A stretch of DNA of 64,000 bases from Candidatus Hadarchaeales archaeon (GTDB taxonomy: Archaea; Hadarchaeota; Hadarchaeia; Hadarchaeales; Hadarchaeaceae): contig JAVZGN010000003.1 in NCBI GenBank assembly GCA_038872135.1, forward strand, positions 31,407-95,406. The letters are read 5' to 3'. The notes beneath the pieces were generated by a model. The model had not been told where the DNA came from and did not search any database. It saw nothing but the letters and a program-made list of their open reading frames with translations. Shown in pieces: positions 38,963-49,484 of this stretch. The position numbers and the translations under genes were made by a program. Position 1 is the stretch's first letter. Every line of letters begins with the position of its first letter.

Positions 38963-40018
38963 ATGAAAGCACTTGTGCTGAGTGGAGGAAAGGGGACAAG
39001 ACTGAGACCATTGACTTTTACATTGGCCAAGCAACTCATTCCCGTCGCCAACAAGCCCGTTTTGGGATATGTCCTAGACCAAGTAGCCAAAACAGGAATA
39101 AAAGAGGTAGGTGTTGTGATCGCCCCCGAAACCGGCGAATATGTGAAAAAGTATGTCGGAGATGGTTCCCAATGGGGCATAAATGTTACTTATATCCTTC
39201 AAGAGCCACTGGGGCTTGCCCACGCCGTAACAGTTGCAAAGGATTTCTTAGGTGACGATGATTTTGTAATGTGTTTAGGCGACAATCTTTTAGAGTCTGA
39301 TATAACAGATTTCATAAACACTTTCAAGCGGGAAAATCTAGACGCATTAATTTTTGTGAAGGAAGTCGAAGATCCAACCAAGTATGGGGTGGTGATTTTC
39401 GACGAGAAAGGGAATATCGTTAAATTGATAGAAAAACCAAAAGTTCCTCCCACTAACTTAGCACTGGTTGGTCTCTACATTTTTTCAAACAAGATTCATC
39501 ATGCGATTAAGAGGATTAGGCCCTCATGGAGGGGGGAGCTTGAGATAACCGACACCATTCAAGAAATGATAAATTTGGGTTTTAGGGTGAAGGCTACACA
39601 CCTTCAGGGATGGTGGCTAGACACAGGTAAAAAGGACGATGTGTTGACCGCAAACGCAAAAATTTTAGACAAGTATGGGGAAAGAGATATCAAGGGGGAG
39701 ATAAAAAATTGCAAGATTGAGGGAAGAGTAAAAATATCTCCGGGCAGCGTTTTAACAGATTGTACTGTAAGGGGACCAGTTCTGATAGGGAAGGATTGCC
39801 GTATAGAAAACTCTTTCATTGGCCCATATACAAGCATTGGAGATGGGGCGAGAATAATAAACAGCTCAATTGAATATTGTGTGATTCTCGAAAATGCGCA
39901 GATACAAGATGTAAGGGGACTTGAGGAGAGTCTCATAGGTAGAAATGCTAAGGTAACAAAAACCCAACGAGGAAATGTGCGACTACATGTGGGAGACTAC
40001 TCAGAGGTCGAGATATGA
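38963..40018 (+). CDS. Glucose-1-phosphate thymidylyltransferase (long form)
   Basis: LSGGKGTRLRP, KQLIPVANKP, RGELEITD, C-terminal beta-helix. Confidence 0.92.
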   Translation: MKALVLSGGKGTRLRPLTFTLAKQLIPVANKPVLGYVLDQVAKTGIKEVGVVIAPETGEYVKKYVGDGSQWGINVTYILQEPLGLAHAVTVAKDFLGDDDFVMCLGDNLLESDITDFINTFKRENLDALIFVKEVEDPTKYGVVIFDEKGNIVKLIEKPKVPPTNLALVGLYIFSNKIHHAIKRIRPSWRGELEITDTIQEMINLGFRVKATHLQGWWLDTGKKDDVLTANAKILDKYGERDIKGEIKNCKIEGRVKISPGSVLTDCTVRGPVLIGKDCRIENSFIGPYTSIGDGARIINSSIEYCVILENAQIQDVRGLEESLIGRNAKVTKTQRGNVRLHVGDYSEVEI

Positions 40019-40896
40019 GGATTTTGGTAACCGGAGACACGGGATTCATAGGAAGTCACATGAAAGAGTTCCTTCTTCGAAAAGGCATTGAAGTCAAGGG
40101 ATACTCTAGAAGAGGGGGTTTCGATGTTTTGAATCGGAAACAACTACAAGACGCTGCAAAAGGTTGCGATTTTATATATCACTTCGCTGCGGAAGCGAAA
40201 CCAGGTCCCAGCGTCTTAAGGCCCGTTCATACCATCATGGTTAATCTCAGGGGATCGCTAAATGTTCTAGAGGTGTGCAAAGAGCATGGCATCTCCTTAG
40301 TTTATCCAAGCAGTTGTGAGATTTATGGAGACTCGAAGCAACCGATAACAGAAGATCATCCACTTTTTCCACCTAACCCTTATGCGGCATCTAAGGCAGC
40401 GATTGACCGTTTATGCTACATGTATTACAAATGCTATGGCGTTGACGTTAAAATTGTTAGGCTGTTTAATCCGTATGGTCCCAGACAACAGTTAAACAAA
40501 ATAATTCCAACTTTTTACTTTTCTGCCATAAAAAACAAGCCCCTTACCGTTTATGGGGATGGGACGGACATGAGAGACTTTGTTTACGTGGGGGATATCA
40601 TTAGAGGATTGTGGAAGGCCAGAAAGCTGCCCCCTGGTGAGGCAGTGAATATCGCTACAGGAAAAGGGACCACAAATTTGGAGGTAGCAAAGTTGATTTT
40701 GAAAATGGTGAAGAGCGACGCTGAAATCCGATTTGTAGACTATCCAAAGGCCTTTGGAGGTATTAGGTGGCAGATCGGATCCAATAAAAAAGCGAGGGAA
40801 TTGATTGGCTGGAAGCCGCGTGTAAAACTGGAAGATGGAATAAAATTAACGATTAAGTGGCTTGAAACCCTCTCTGGAGGTAGGGAGGTTGGATGA
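40015..40896 (+). CDS. NAD-dependent epimerase/dehydratase (extended SDR)
   Basis: TGDTGFIG, YAASK, RLFNPYGP. Confidence 0.9.
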   Translation: MRILVTGDTGFIGSHMKEFLLRKGIEVKGYSRRGGFDVLNRKQLQDAAKGCDFIYHFAAEAKPGPSVLRPVHTIMVNLRGSLNVLEVCKEHGISLVYPSSCEIYGDSKQPITEDHPLFPPNPYAASKAAIDRLCYMYYKCYGVDVKIVRLFNPYGPRQQLNKIIPTFYFSAIKNKPLTVYGDGTDMRDFVYVGDIIRGLWKARKLPPGEAVNIATGKGTTNLEVAKLILKMVKSDAEIRFVDYPKAFGGIRWQIGSNKKARELIGWKPRVKLEDGIKLTIKWLETLSGGREVG

Positions 40897-42196
40897 AAGG
40901 TCTGGAAACGAACAGAAGTTTCATAAGCTTGAAGAAGAACTCCATAAGCTAGCTCAAGAGTTTTTGAAAGAAGAAAAGTTCGTACCCGGCAAAACCGTTA
41001 TTCATTACGCATGGGCAGTATATAATTTGAAAGAAGTCTTGGCGGTTCTTAAGTCGCTTGCTTCAAGGCGTCTTGGCCTCGGAAAATCAGGATTGGAATT
41101 TGAACGGAGATTTTCTAAATTTCTAAATATCCGGCACGCGGTGTTGACTAACAGTGGATCTTCGGCCAATTTACTTGCTGTCGAAGCGCTTAAACTTCCA
41201 AAGGGATGCGAGGCAATAACCCCGGCAGTAACTTTCCCAACCACATTGAATCCGTTGATTCTAAAGGGTATACGTCCAGTCTTTGTCGATGTGCATCTCC
41301 CAACTTACAATGTTAATCCAGAAGACATAGAGGCGGCAGTCTCGAAAAAAACCAAATTAATTATGCTCCCCCACACATTGGGAAATCCAAATGAAATGGA
41401 CGCGATAATGGACATAGCAGAAGCGTATGAGCTTTATGTGATTGAAGATGCATGCGACGCGCTAGGCTCAAAATACAAGGGAAAATACCTTTCGACTTTC
41501 GGGGACCTTGGAACTTTCAGTTTTTACGCAGCCCATCATATGACGATGGGCGAGGGCGGGGCAGTTGTAACAGACAACGAAGAACTGAGTTTAACCGTGA
41601 GATCTCTTAGAGACTGGGGAAGAGCGTGTGTGTGCCCTGTGTGTGTCATCGCACTAGATCCCGATGCCTACTGTCCTCTCAGATTCACTAAAAGTCCTAT
41701 CCCCGATTATGACAAGAGATACACCTACATCACAATTGGCTATAATTTGAAGCCATTAGAGCTACAAGCGGCATTTGGCTTAGAACAACTGAAAAAGCTT
41801 CCACGGTTTATTAAATGTAGAAAAAAGAATTTCAAAGTAATGTATGAGGCAATGCAGGATTACGAAAATTATTTCATTTTACCAGAATCCCCTCCGAAAG
41901 CCGACCCTTGCTGGTTCGCGTTTCCGATAACGGTAAGAGAAGAGGCACCATTTGGGAGAAAGGAAATAGTAGAATTTTTGGAGAAACACAAGGTGATGAC
42001 GAGGCCATTATTTGCTGGTAATATTCTAAAACAGCCAGCTTATTCCAACATCGATTGTAGAATTTCGGGAAAGCTTGAAAACAGTGACAGGATAATGAAA
42101 TCGTCGTTTTTTGTAGGAATTCATCCTGGCATAAAAGAACCTCAACTAAATTACATGCTTGAGACTTTTGAAAAGTTTATTCGGGAGTATGGGTAA
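40889..42196 (+). CDS. rfbH: RfbH/DdhC(E1)-like NDP-4-keto-6-deoxyhexose 3-dehydrase
   Basis: NSGSSANL, EDACDALG, SFYAAHHMTMGEGG (His in place of Lys), DWGRACVC. Confidence 0.82.
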   Translation: MDERSGNEQKFHKLEEELHKLAQEFLKEEKFVPGKTVIHYAWAVYNLKEVLAVLKSLASRRLGLGKSGLEFERRFSKFLNIRHAVLTNSGSSANLLAVEALKLPKGCEAITPAVTFPTTLNPLILKGIRPVFVDVHLPTYNVNPEDIEAAVSKKTKLIMLPHTLGNPNEMDAIMDIAEAYELYVIEDACDALGSKYKGKYLSTFGDLGTFSFYAAHHMTMGEGGAVVTDNEELSLTVRSLRDWGRACVCPVCVIALDPDAYCPLRFTKSPIPDYDKRYTYITIGYNLKPLELQAAFGLEQLKKLPRFIKCRKKNFKVMYEAMQDYENYFILPESPPKADPCWFAFPITVREEAPFGRKEIVEFLEKHKVMTRPLFAGNILKQPAYSNIDCRISGKLENSDRIMKSSFFVGIHPGIKEPQLNYMLETFEKFIREYG

Positions 42197-42217
42197 GAGT
42201 GTACAGGAGGATTGTGG

Positions 42218-43216
42218 ATGAGAGTAATGGTCACTGGAGGCGCTGGATTTATCGGCAGTAATCTCGTGAGATTTCTGATTTCAAAGCATGCAGATTGGGA
42301 GATCCTGACTGTTGATAAACTGGGAGTAGGTTCTAGTCTCGCTAGTTTGAAAGATTTGGACGAAAAAAGGCATAGATTCGTTAGAGGAGATCTTTCCGAC
42401 TTTAAATTTGTAAACGAAGTTGTCAGAGATGTAGACGCAATTCTACACTTAGCAGCAGAATCCCATGTTGATAGAAGCATTTCTAATCCATCTCCTTTCG
42501 TTTATAGCAACACGGTAGGCACTTTCAATCTATTGGAAGCTGTGAGAAGAAGGGGAGAGAATACAAAGATCATTCATGTTTCCACAGATGAAGTTTATGG
42601 AGAGAAGAACACCGGCTCATCAAGTGAAGAGGATCCGCTTAAACCATCAAGCATGTATGCTGCATCTAAAGCCGCAGCAGACCTCTTCTGCGAAGCTTAT
42701 CACAGAACTTACGGGCTAAAAATAATTATAACTAGGTCCACAAACAATTTTGGACCATATCAATTCCCAGAAAAGCTCATACCAAAGACGATAATTCGGG
42801 CTTTAATGAATCTACAAATACCAATTTACGGCTCAGGAGAGAATATAAGAGACTGGATTTATGTGCAGGACCACTGCGAAGCTTTAGACCTCATACTTCA
42901 AAGGGGAAAATGTGGAGAAATCTACAACATCTCCACTGGAGAGGAGCACGAGAATTTAGAAGTTGTCAAAAAAGTGCTTCACATCTTGAACAAGCCTGGG
43001 GAGTTGATCACATTCGTTGAGGACAGGCCGGGTCACGATAGTCGCTATAGCCTTAATTCATCCAAATTGAGAAATGAACTCGGATGGTCTCCAAAATACA
43101 ATTTTGATGAGGCCCTTGAGATCACCGTCAGATGGTATCAAGAAAACAAATGGTGGTGGGGCCCTCTAGTCAGCGAAGAAGTGATTCATCCCACTCCTTG
43201 GAAAATTAAGTGGTGA
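42218..43216 (+). CDS. rfbB: dTDP-glucose 4,6-dehydratase
   Basis: TGGAGFIG, AAESHVDRS, STDEVYG, YAASK, DRPGHD. Confidence 0.94.
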   Translation: MRVMVTGGAGFIGSNLVRFLISKHADWEILTVDKLGVGSSLASLKDLDEKRHRFVRGDLSDFKFVNEVVRDVDAILHLAAESHVDRSISNPSPFVYSNTVGTFNLLEAVRRRGENTKIIHVSTDEVYGEKNTGSSSEEDPLKPSSMYAASKAAADLFCEAYHRTYGLKIIITRSTNNFGPYQFPEKLIPKTIIRALMNLQIPIYGSGENIRDWIYVQDHCEALDLILQRGKCGEIYNISTGEEHENLEVVKKVLHILNKPGELITFVEDRPGHDSRYSLNSSKLRNELGWSPKYNFDEALEITVRWYQENKWWWGPLVSEEVIHPTPWKIKW

Positions 43217-43550
43217 CTGCGCACTCCTGTGGAATTGGGTAAAGTGGCTAACAGTCCTCATCAATTTGCAGCACACTCCAAGAGAACATCAGAAGAATCA
43301 TTTGTACATGCGCACACATGTCGATGGCTCATGTAGAGGATGAAAGATGCGAGAAACACTATTTAATGCACCAATTGAGAAAATCGATCGCACGAGCACC
43401 TAGGGCGAAAAACATATCTCAAGGGATTCATATGGTGATTAAAAAGATTACAGAACTCACGAGGATTGACATGCCTTCAGGGGGGATGTGGAAAGTGCAC
43501 GGGCGGAAAGTAATAAATGGCGGATAATCTAAAGGTATGTTGGTGATGCC

Positions 43551-44297
43551 TTGAAAAAGCGACAAAAGAGGATTTTCGTGGTGATCCCACTTTACAAGGG
43601 AGGAAAGACCCTCCCAAATGTTGTTGAGAGAATTCCAAAGGAGATTCCAACGAAGATATTAATTGTGGATGACGGAAGCCCCGACAACAGCTATGAAGTT
43701 GCGAAAAGCATTGCTTCGAAAAATCCCAAAATCATTGTTTTCAAACATGAAAAGAACAGGGGGTATGGGGGAGCGCAAAAGACTCTTTTCAATGAAGCGC
43801 TGAAAAGAGGCGCGGACATCGTAGTATTGCTCCACCAAGATGGGCAGTATGCACCTGAGGATATGCCCCGGCTCATTTCCCCCGTGCTTGAAGATGAGAC
43901 AATAGATATCGTGCTAGGATCAAGAACGAAAATGCTAGAGGGTGGGATGCCTCCAATAAAGTTCATTGGAAATAAAATAATTACATTTTTGCAGAATTTG
44001 GCGTTAAACACTAGATTTAAGGAGTTTCACACTGGTTACAGAGTTTACACCGCTAACGCCTTGAGACGTCTCGACTATGAGGCGTGCACAAACGATCTTC
44101 ACTTCGATACAGAGATACTGGTAGATGCCGTGCGCAAAAAGCTCAGAGTTGTAGAAGTTCCCATAAAAACTTATTACGGAAAGGAAGTCACCCAAACGCA
44201 AAAGATAGTGACTTATGGACTAAACTGTCTAAAGGCAACATGGATGTATCGGCTGGAAATCTTACTCTCCAAATTTAGTTTTCGCGATTTCCTCTGA
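43551..44297 (+). CDS. Glycosyltransferase family 2
   Basis: VDDGSPD, NRGYGGAQK, HQDGQY, FDTE. Confidence 0.9.
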   Translation: MKKRQKRIFVVIPLYKGGKTLPNVVERIPKEIPTKILIVDDGSPDNSYEVAKSIASKNPKIIVFKHEKNRGYGGAQKTLFNEALKRGADIVVLLHQDGQYAPEDMPRLISPVLEDETIDIVLGSRTKMLEGGMPPIKFIGNKIITFLQNLALNTRFKEFHTGYRVYTANALRRLDYEACTNDLHFDTEILVDAVRKKLRVVEVPIKTYYGKEVTQTQKIVTYGLNCLKATWMYRLEILLSKFSFRDFL

Positions 44298-44386
44298 AGT
44301 CCTGGCCAAGCACCAAGAACATCACAATTTTCATCGCCATTTACGGGAGACTACACATTATTAACAACATTTCTCACAGGAACCAG

Positions 44387-45580
44387 CTATGTGACGATAG
44401 ATTCATACCGCTCCATAATGGGAAAATCTAGGTAGCTCAGCCATATGGCGGCGAGTGAAAAGAGCAGCGCCAAACCCAACATTGTGAATCTAAGTTTTTT
44501 GTTTTTTATCTGCAACAATCCAATTGACATGATTGTGATATACGCTGGATAAACTACTGAGAAATACCTAGGAAGGAAGTATGCTACACTCAAAAAGTTC
44601 CCTATCGTAAGCATGAACACATACCCGAAGAAGGACCCAAGCAAGATAAAAAGATCTCTGTTTTCTGGTTTTTTTAGCCTGAAAATGAATTTGTGTTTTT
44701 TTAGTCCCATCAGAAGTTTGGCTAGCATTATCGTGTAAAGAAAGTAGAGAGAAATTGCAACATACAACACTCCTGGACCCCTCTCGGTAACTTTGCCCAT
44801 CCCGTGAGAAGGGTAGAACATTCCGGCAGTCCAAACGATGCGGAGTGGTTCAACACGGGGCCGTGCGAGGGCCCACGAGTACTCTTGATTTTCGGTACGT
44901 GAAAGTGCGTTCATGAATTGTTGAATGGCTAAGTTTAACGTCGGTAGGAAAATAATAAAAGCAACAAGAGAGGGCACGAGAACACAACGCATTTTTTGCT
45001 TCCCTTCTGTTAAGTACAAGATAAGCAGGAGCTGTGGGATGATTATCAAAAGAGTATAATAGTGGATGTTCATTCCTATTCCCCACACCGCTCCGAGTAA
45101 AACTAAACTAAGTGTGTCCTTCTTCTCATAGAATCTCATCAAAAAAAGAATAGAGCCGGTGGTCGCTGCAGAAACCATTGTGTAGGGACTAATTCGGACA
45201 GAAAAGCTTATAAAATAAAAGCTGGTTGAGGCGAGAAGTAGCGCGATCTTCTCCGATTTAAATCTCTTTGCCAGTTTGTAGGTTAAAAACAAGTTGAGGA
45301 GTCCGATCGGTATGAAGACCAAGCGCGTGCGTGCTACCGAATCTCCCACCAAGTGATAGACCCAGTTGGAAAACTTGTATATAAAGGGCGGGTGGACGTC
45401 TGCCAACATTATTTTCGCGAACTCTTCTTCATTTTCCGCCCAGAAGAGGCGGTATGGTTCGTCGTGAAGAATCGGAGCATCAAAAAGGAACAGAAGCTGA
45501 AGCAAGAAGGCGAAAACTAGCATCGACAAAAGAAACATGTTCTGATTCAAAAGCTTTTTAGTGAGGATTTTTTTCGACAT
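44387..45580 (-). CDS. GT-C fold membrane glycosyltransferase (PMT/ArnT-like)
   Basis: HDE, DVHPPF, about 10 TM segments, PRYF. Confidence 0.75.
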   Translation of the reverse strand: MSKKILTKKLLNQNMFLLSMLVFAFLLQLLFLFDAPILHDEPYRLFWAENEEEFAKIMLADVHPPFIYKFSNWVYHLVGDSVARTRLVFIPIGLLNLFLTYKLAKRFKSEKIALLLASTSFYFISFSVRISPYTMVSAATTGSILFLMRFYEKKDTLSLVLLGAVWGIGMNIHYYTLLIIIPQLLLILYLTEGKQKMRCVLVPSLVAFIIFLPTLNLAIQQFMNALSRTENQEYSWALARPRVEPLRIVWTAGMFYPSHGMGKVTERGPGVLYVAISLYFLYTIMLAKLLMGLKKHKFIFRLKKPENRDLFILLGSFFGYVFMLTIGNFLSVAYFLPRYFSVVYPAYITIMSIGLLQIKNKKLRFTMLGLALLFSLAAIWLSYLDFPIMERYESIVT

Positions 45581-45815
45581 CTAAAACTACTTGAAAAGTC
45601 TGTTTTTAATACATTCTCAGCTTCCGGCCGCACGAACGAAAGGCCAGATAGCCCACTCATTTGGAGCGCATGCCAATTACGATTCTCCCTGCCGGTGAAG
45701 CAGCTGGGAACAAACAGGTCGTCTGCCCATTAAGCCCGCAAACACGGCTAGGGACCACCCAATGTCGGCGAGATCATGAACACCCATATCTCTGAGAATT
45801 TCAGAGTAGTCCATC

Positions 45816-46946
45816 TCAAGATTTGAAGTTTGTGCCTTCATACTTCCACACGATCTCCTCGCTGAATAGATAGTTGACTATGAAGCCCGGAAATACACCG
45901 ATGAATGTTGCTAGGAGGTAATGTACACCGAAAAAGTAGCTCAACACCAGCGATGTGATGTAAATCGTTAGCGTACCGAGCGCTACCACACCATGAAACT
46001 TCAAACACCTGGAAACTATACCTTTTATCCTCCTCTCTTTAAAGGTCCAAATATCGTTCCAGATGAAGTTATTTAATATCGAGGCTTCAATGGCTAAAGC
46101 GGAAGCGATGAAAAGGGGTACTCCGCGGGCGACAAGTAGGTAAAGTAGCACCTCAAGGATCGCCACGCCACTCAACCCCACGGCCACAAACTTTACTGGT
46201 CTATATTTTGATAGCTTCAGACAAAACAGCGCATGGCTAAGGAGGTAAGAAATACCAAGCTTCGATTTCGACTTGCCACGATGTGTGAAAGTGCACGGCA
46301 TCTCTACGACTTTTAATCCTGGTTTTTTTGCCAAGAGTTCTATCAGAAACCTGCTGTGGGTAACTTTTTCAAACTTTACGCCCTTTGGCTTTCCCTTAAG
46401 GAGCATGAAGTTGGATTCAACATCCATTACCTTTCGGGTCTGGGGGAGGAGAAAGTGGGAGAATCCTATCGCCAACCTCGATACAAGTCGCTTCAATGGA
46501 CTCCACCCCACGATTTTTCCACCCGGGACATACCTTGAAGCAACAACGAGCTGGGCATTTTCATTCTCCATGATTTTCACCATTTTCGGTAGAAGTTCCA
46601 GCGAGTACTGCATATCTGGATTCGTCACGGCGATCATCTTGTTGTTGGCCGCGTTTATGCCGTCTACTACAGCGGAAGATAGGCCGAGTCTTCTGGGCCT
46701 CCGTATGACCTTGATGTTGTCATACTTTTGGCTCAGGGATTCTGCAACATCGGCCGTGCCATCCGAACTGTTATCATCGATAACGATGATTTCACACTTC
46801 TGTTTCATGAATTTCTCTATTCGTTCGATCACTTTTTTGATGTTTTCACGCTCGTTATAGGTTGGCAGGACAATGCTAATCGCGGAGCCGCCTCCTCTAA
46901 GAGTTGGCCGCCGTTTGGATATATCTCCATGCTTCGCTTTAAACAT
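45816..46946 (-). CDS. Dolichol-phosphate glycosyltransferase-like GT2 fused to GtrA domain
   Basis: LPTYNERENI, DDNSSDGT, ASRYVPGG; C-terminal NNFIWNDIWTF GtrA region. Confidence 0.85.
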   Translation of the reverse strand: MFKAKHGDISKRRPTLRGGGSAISIVLPTYNERENIKKVIERIEKFMKQKCEIIVIDDNSSDGTADVAESLSQKYDNIKVIRRPRRLGLSSAVVDGINAANNKMIAVTNPDMQYSLELLPKMVKIMENENAQLVVASRYVPGGKIVGWSPLKRLVSRLAIGFSHFLLPQTRKVMDVESNFMLLKGKPKGVKFEKVTHSRFLIELLAKKPGLKVVEMPCTFTHRGKSKSKLGISYLLSHALFCLKLSKYRPVKFVAVGLSGVAILEVLLYLLVARGVPLFIASALAIEASILNNFIWNDIWTFKERRIKGIVSRCLKFHGVVALGTLTIYITSLVLSYFFGVHYLLATFIGVFPGFIVNYLFSEEIVWKYEGTNFKS

Positions 46947-47111
46947 GGAACCAAATGAAGTTTTTTGCTGAGCTTAAATATGTGCGCAACTTCCATCCCT
47001 GTCGTGAAGTATGTTATTTGTTGCCTAAGCATAAGTATTACTTTGCGCAACACCAAACAAATACCAGAACATATATAAATTAAATAGAAAAATTCTAAGA
47101 GGCGACCAAAA

Positions 47112-48596
47112 TTGGCATCTGAGATGGAGGAAAAAGCAGCCAGTGGGCGAGAAGAGGCGGTAATTGGGTCGGTACAGAGATGGCTTAGCAACCCGGTTTC
47201 TAAAGCGATGCTCCGCTTCGTCTGTGGGCGGAGCACTCGTGGCGGAAATAGGTTAGACATCGCCCTGCGGAAGTATGTGGGTGAAGATGTCTCATGCGAT
47301 CTCCAAGACAGGCTCGCGGCTTTGATAGTCAAGCTTATCATCGATCGAAGTAGCAGCATCTTTGGTTACTCCGGTCAGGAGTTGAAGAAGTACCTGAAAG
47401 ATCCGGTAATCAGGCGCGGGATGGTGAATGTGCTTGAGGGAATTGCACGATATGGTGCTCGTAGGCCTTTCACTTCTATTGCCCCATTTTTGGTCGTTTG
47501 GAACTATACAAAGCTATGTAATTTGCGGTGCGAGCACTGTTACGAGAATGCAGGAGCTAAGGCAGCGGAGGATGAACTTACCACCGATGAGGCGAAGCGG
47601 GTCATAGACGAGTTTGAGGACGCAGGAGTGGTAGCGATAGCGTTTTCAGGCGGCGAGCCGCTGCTGAGGAAAGATATCTTCGAGGTGGCGGGATATGCCA
47701 AGGGCAAGGGATTTTTCATCTCGATCGCAACCAATGGCACAATTATCACGAGAGAAACTGCGAGGAAGATGAAAGATGTTTTCGATTATGCAGAAATCTC
47801 CCTCGACGGCTTCGAGGAGGTGCATGACAGATTTAGGGGCATCCAGGGGGCTTGGAAGCGCACATGCGAGGGCATTAAAAATTGCGTGGCAGAGGGTATA
47901 GACACTTGCGTCGCTTTGACGGCGACCCACTACAATCTTCAAGAGATACCAAAACTCGTGGACTTTGTGGAGCGGGAACTCGGGGCCAAACGCGTCATAG
48001 TGTTCAACTATGTGCCAGTCGGGCGTGGCAAGGACATCGTTAGTCAAGATTTGTCTCCGCAAGAAAGGCAGGAGCTGCTCAGATATCTCTACTCGAGGAT
48101 GATGGATAGTAATGGTAAGTTGATTTGTTACACTACGGCCCCCCAGTACTCTATGGTGTCTTGGGAGTTTGCCTACGGTACAACAGGAGCCACCGGATTG
48201 GTCTCAACCCACTTCACAACTGAGGGGGCTATGCGGGCACTGCAGGGGCGAACGAAGAGTCTCGCGGATTTTCTCGGTGGGTGCGGGGCGGGGAGGCTCT
48301 ACTGCGGCCTCGAGCCCAATGGAGATATCATCCCCTGCGTCTTCATGCCAATCAAGCTGGGTAACATAAGGAAAGATCGCCTGCGCGACATCTGGCACTC
48401 CTCCGAGCTCCTCTGGAAGCTCCGCATTCGAGAAGCGCTGAGGGGTTGCGGCACGTGCGAGTACCGCTACATCTGCGGCGGGTGCAGAGCAAGGGCCTAT
48501 GGATATTACGGCGATGTACAGGCTCCTGACCCAGGATGTATCCACAACCTTAGATACTGGGAAGAATTGAAAAATAGTGGAAAACTAGCAAGCTGA
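47112..48596 (+). CDS. Radical SAM/SPASM protein (candidate GMGT-synthase-like)
   Basis: CNLRCEHC, SGGEPL, SPASM CGAG...PC...CxxCxxxxxCGGCRARA. Confidence 0.88.
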   Translation: MASEMEEKAASGREEAVIGSVQRWLSNPVSKAMLRFVCGRSTRGGNRLDIALRKYVGEDVSCDLQDRLAALIVKLIIDRSSSIFGYSGQELKKYLKDPVIRRGMVNVLEGIARYGARRPFTSIAPFLVVWNYTKLCNLRCEHCYENAGAKAAEDELTTDEAKRVIDEFEDAGVVAIAFSGGEPLLRKDIFEVAGYAKGKGFFISIATNGTIITRETARKMKDVFDYAEISLDGFEEVHDRFRGIQGAWKRTCEGIKNCVAEGIDTCVALTATHYNLQEIPKLVDFVERELGAKRVIVFNYVPVGRGKDIVSQDLSPQERQELLRYLYSRMMDSNGKLICYTTAPQYSMVSWEFAYGTTGATGLVSTHFTTEGAMRALQGRTKSLADFLGGCGAGRLYCGLEPNGDIIPCVFMPIKLGNIRKDRLRDIWHSSELLWKLRIREALRGCGTCEYRYICGGCRARAYGYYGDVQAPDPGCIHNLRYWEELKNSGKLAS

Positions 48597-48599
48597 AGG

Positions 48600-48773
48600 T
48601 TATTTCGCTTTTTTGAACTCAGTGTATCCACATTTCCCACAGGAAATCCTTCCTTCATGTTCTGCGAGAAAAACTCCGCCACCGCACCTCGGGCACTCCT
48701 TCTTCAGCCTTTGGAGCTTCCCCTCCTTGACCGAGTAGAGCCTAGCCTTTCGCGCCTTCACCTTTTTTGACAT
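48600..48773 (-). CDS. rps27ae: 30S ribosomal protein S27ae (eS31)
   Basis: [13 protein letters not shown]...CGKCGYT. Confidence 0.95.
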   Translation of the reverse strand: MSKKVKARKARLYSVKEGKLQRLKKECPRCGGGVFLAEHEGRISCGKCGYTEFKKAK

Positions 48774-49092
48774 CCTTCTCCTCCTTTGGCTTTTCACCCG
48801 CCTCGGCCTTTTCCTTCGGCATTCCGCGGCTCAGGAGATGCTTGAGCTCAGTGGCTTCCATCTTTTCCTTTGAAGCATAAATGCGGGCAACGCCGATTGT
48901 CTCGCATCTTTTCGGTAACCCAGCCAGCTTTTCAATCACTATCACGTCCTCCGGCACATTGAGGATAGCCGCAAGCCCCTTCCTCACATCCATCCTTTTT
49001 GGAGTTGGAGAACCATCATGAAGGATCTTCAGTCTTAGCTCGCTCCTCTCCAGCAGGGGATTTTCCCTCTTTTCAACTATCTGAATGTTCAT
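48742..49092 (-). CDS. rps24e: 30S ribosomal protein S24e
   Basis: ENPLLER, HDGSPTP, ARIY. Confidence 0.92.
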   Translation of the reverse strand: MNIQIVEKRENPLLERSELRLKILHDGSPTPKRMDVRKGLAAILNVPEDVIVIEKLAGLPKRCETIGVARIYASKEKMEATELKHLLSRGMPKEKAEAGEKPKEEKDVKKGEGAKG

Positions 49093-49094
49093 CC

Positions 49095-49484
49095 TCACAC
49101 CCGCCTCCCCCTTCTGCCACCAGGTTTTCTCGTCCCGTCGTGGGGGATCGGGGTAACATCCTCTATCCTTCCTATCTTCAGTCCGGCCCGTGCTAGAGCC
49201 CTTATGGCGGCTTGTGCCCCAGGACCCGGGATTCTCGAGCCGCTCCCCCCCGGAGCCCTCACCTTTATGTGAACTCCACTAATCCCTTTCTCAATAGCTT
49301 CTTCCGCAGCCTTGGCCGCAGCCTGCATGGCAGCATATGGCGATGATTCCTCCCTGTCGGCTTTCACTATCATCCCCCCCGAAGCCCTCGCTATCGTCTC
49401 CGCCCCCGTGAGATCAGTTATGTGAATGATGGTGTTGTTGAAAGATGAGTAAATGTATGCAATGCCCCATCTTTCCTCAGACAT
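49095..49484 (-). CDS. rps11: 30S ribosomal protein S11
   Basis: [30 protein letters not shown]. Confidence 0.97.
   Translation of the reverse strand: MSEERWGIAYIYSSFNNTIIHITDLTGAETIARASGGMIVKADREESSPYAAMQAAAKAAEEAIEKGISGVHIKVRAPGGSGSRIPGPGAQAAIRALARAGLKIGRIEDVTPIPHDGTRKPGGRRGRRV

Noticed and set aside
43318-43527. 69-aa ORF in the island spacer
   Set aside because: No recognisable motif or RBS; possibly a remnant
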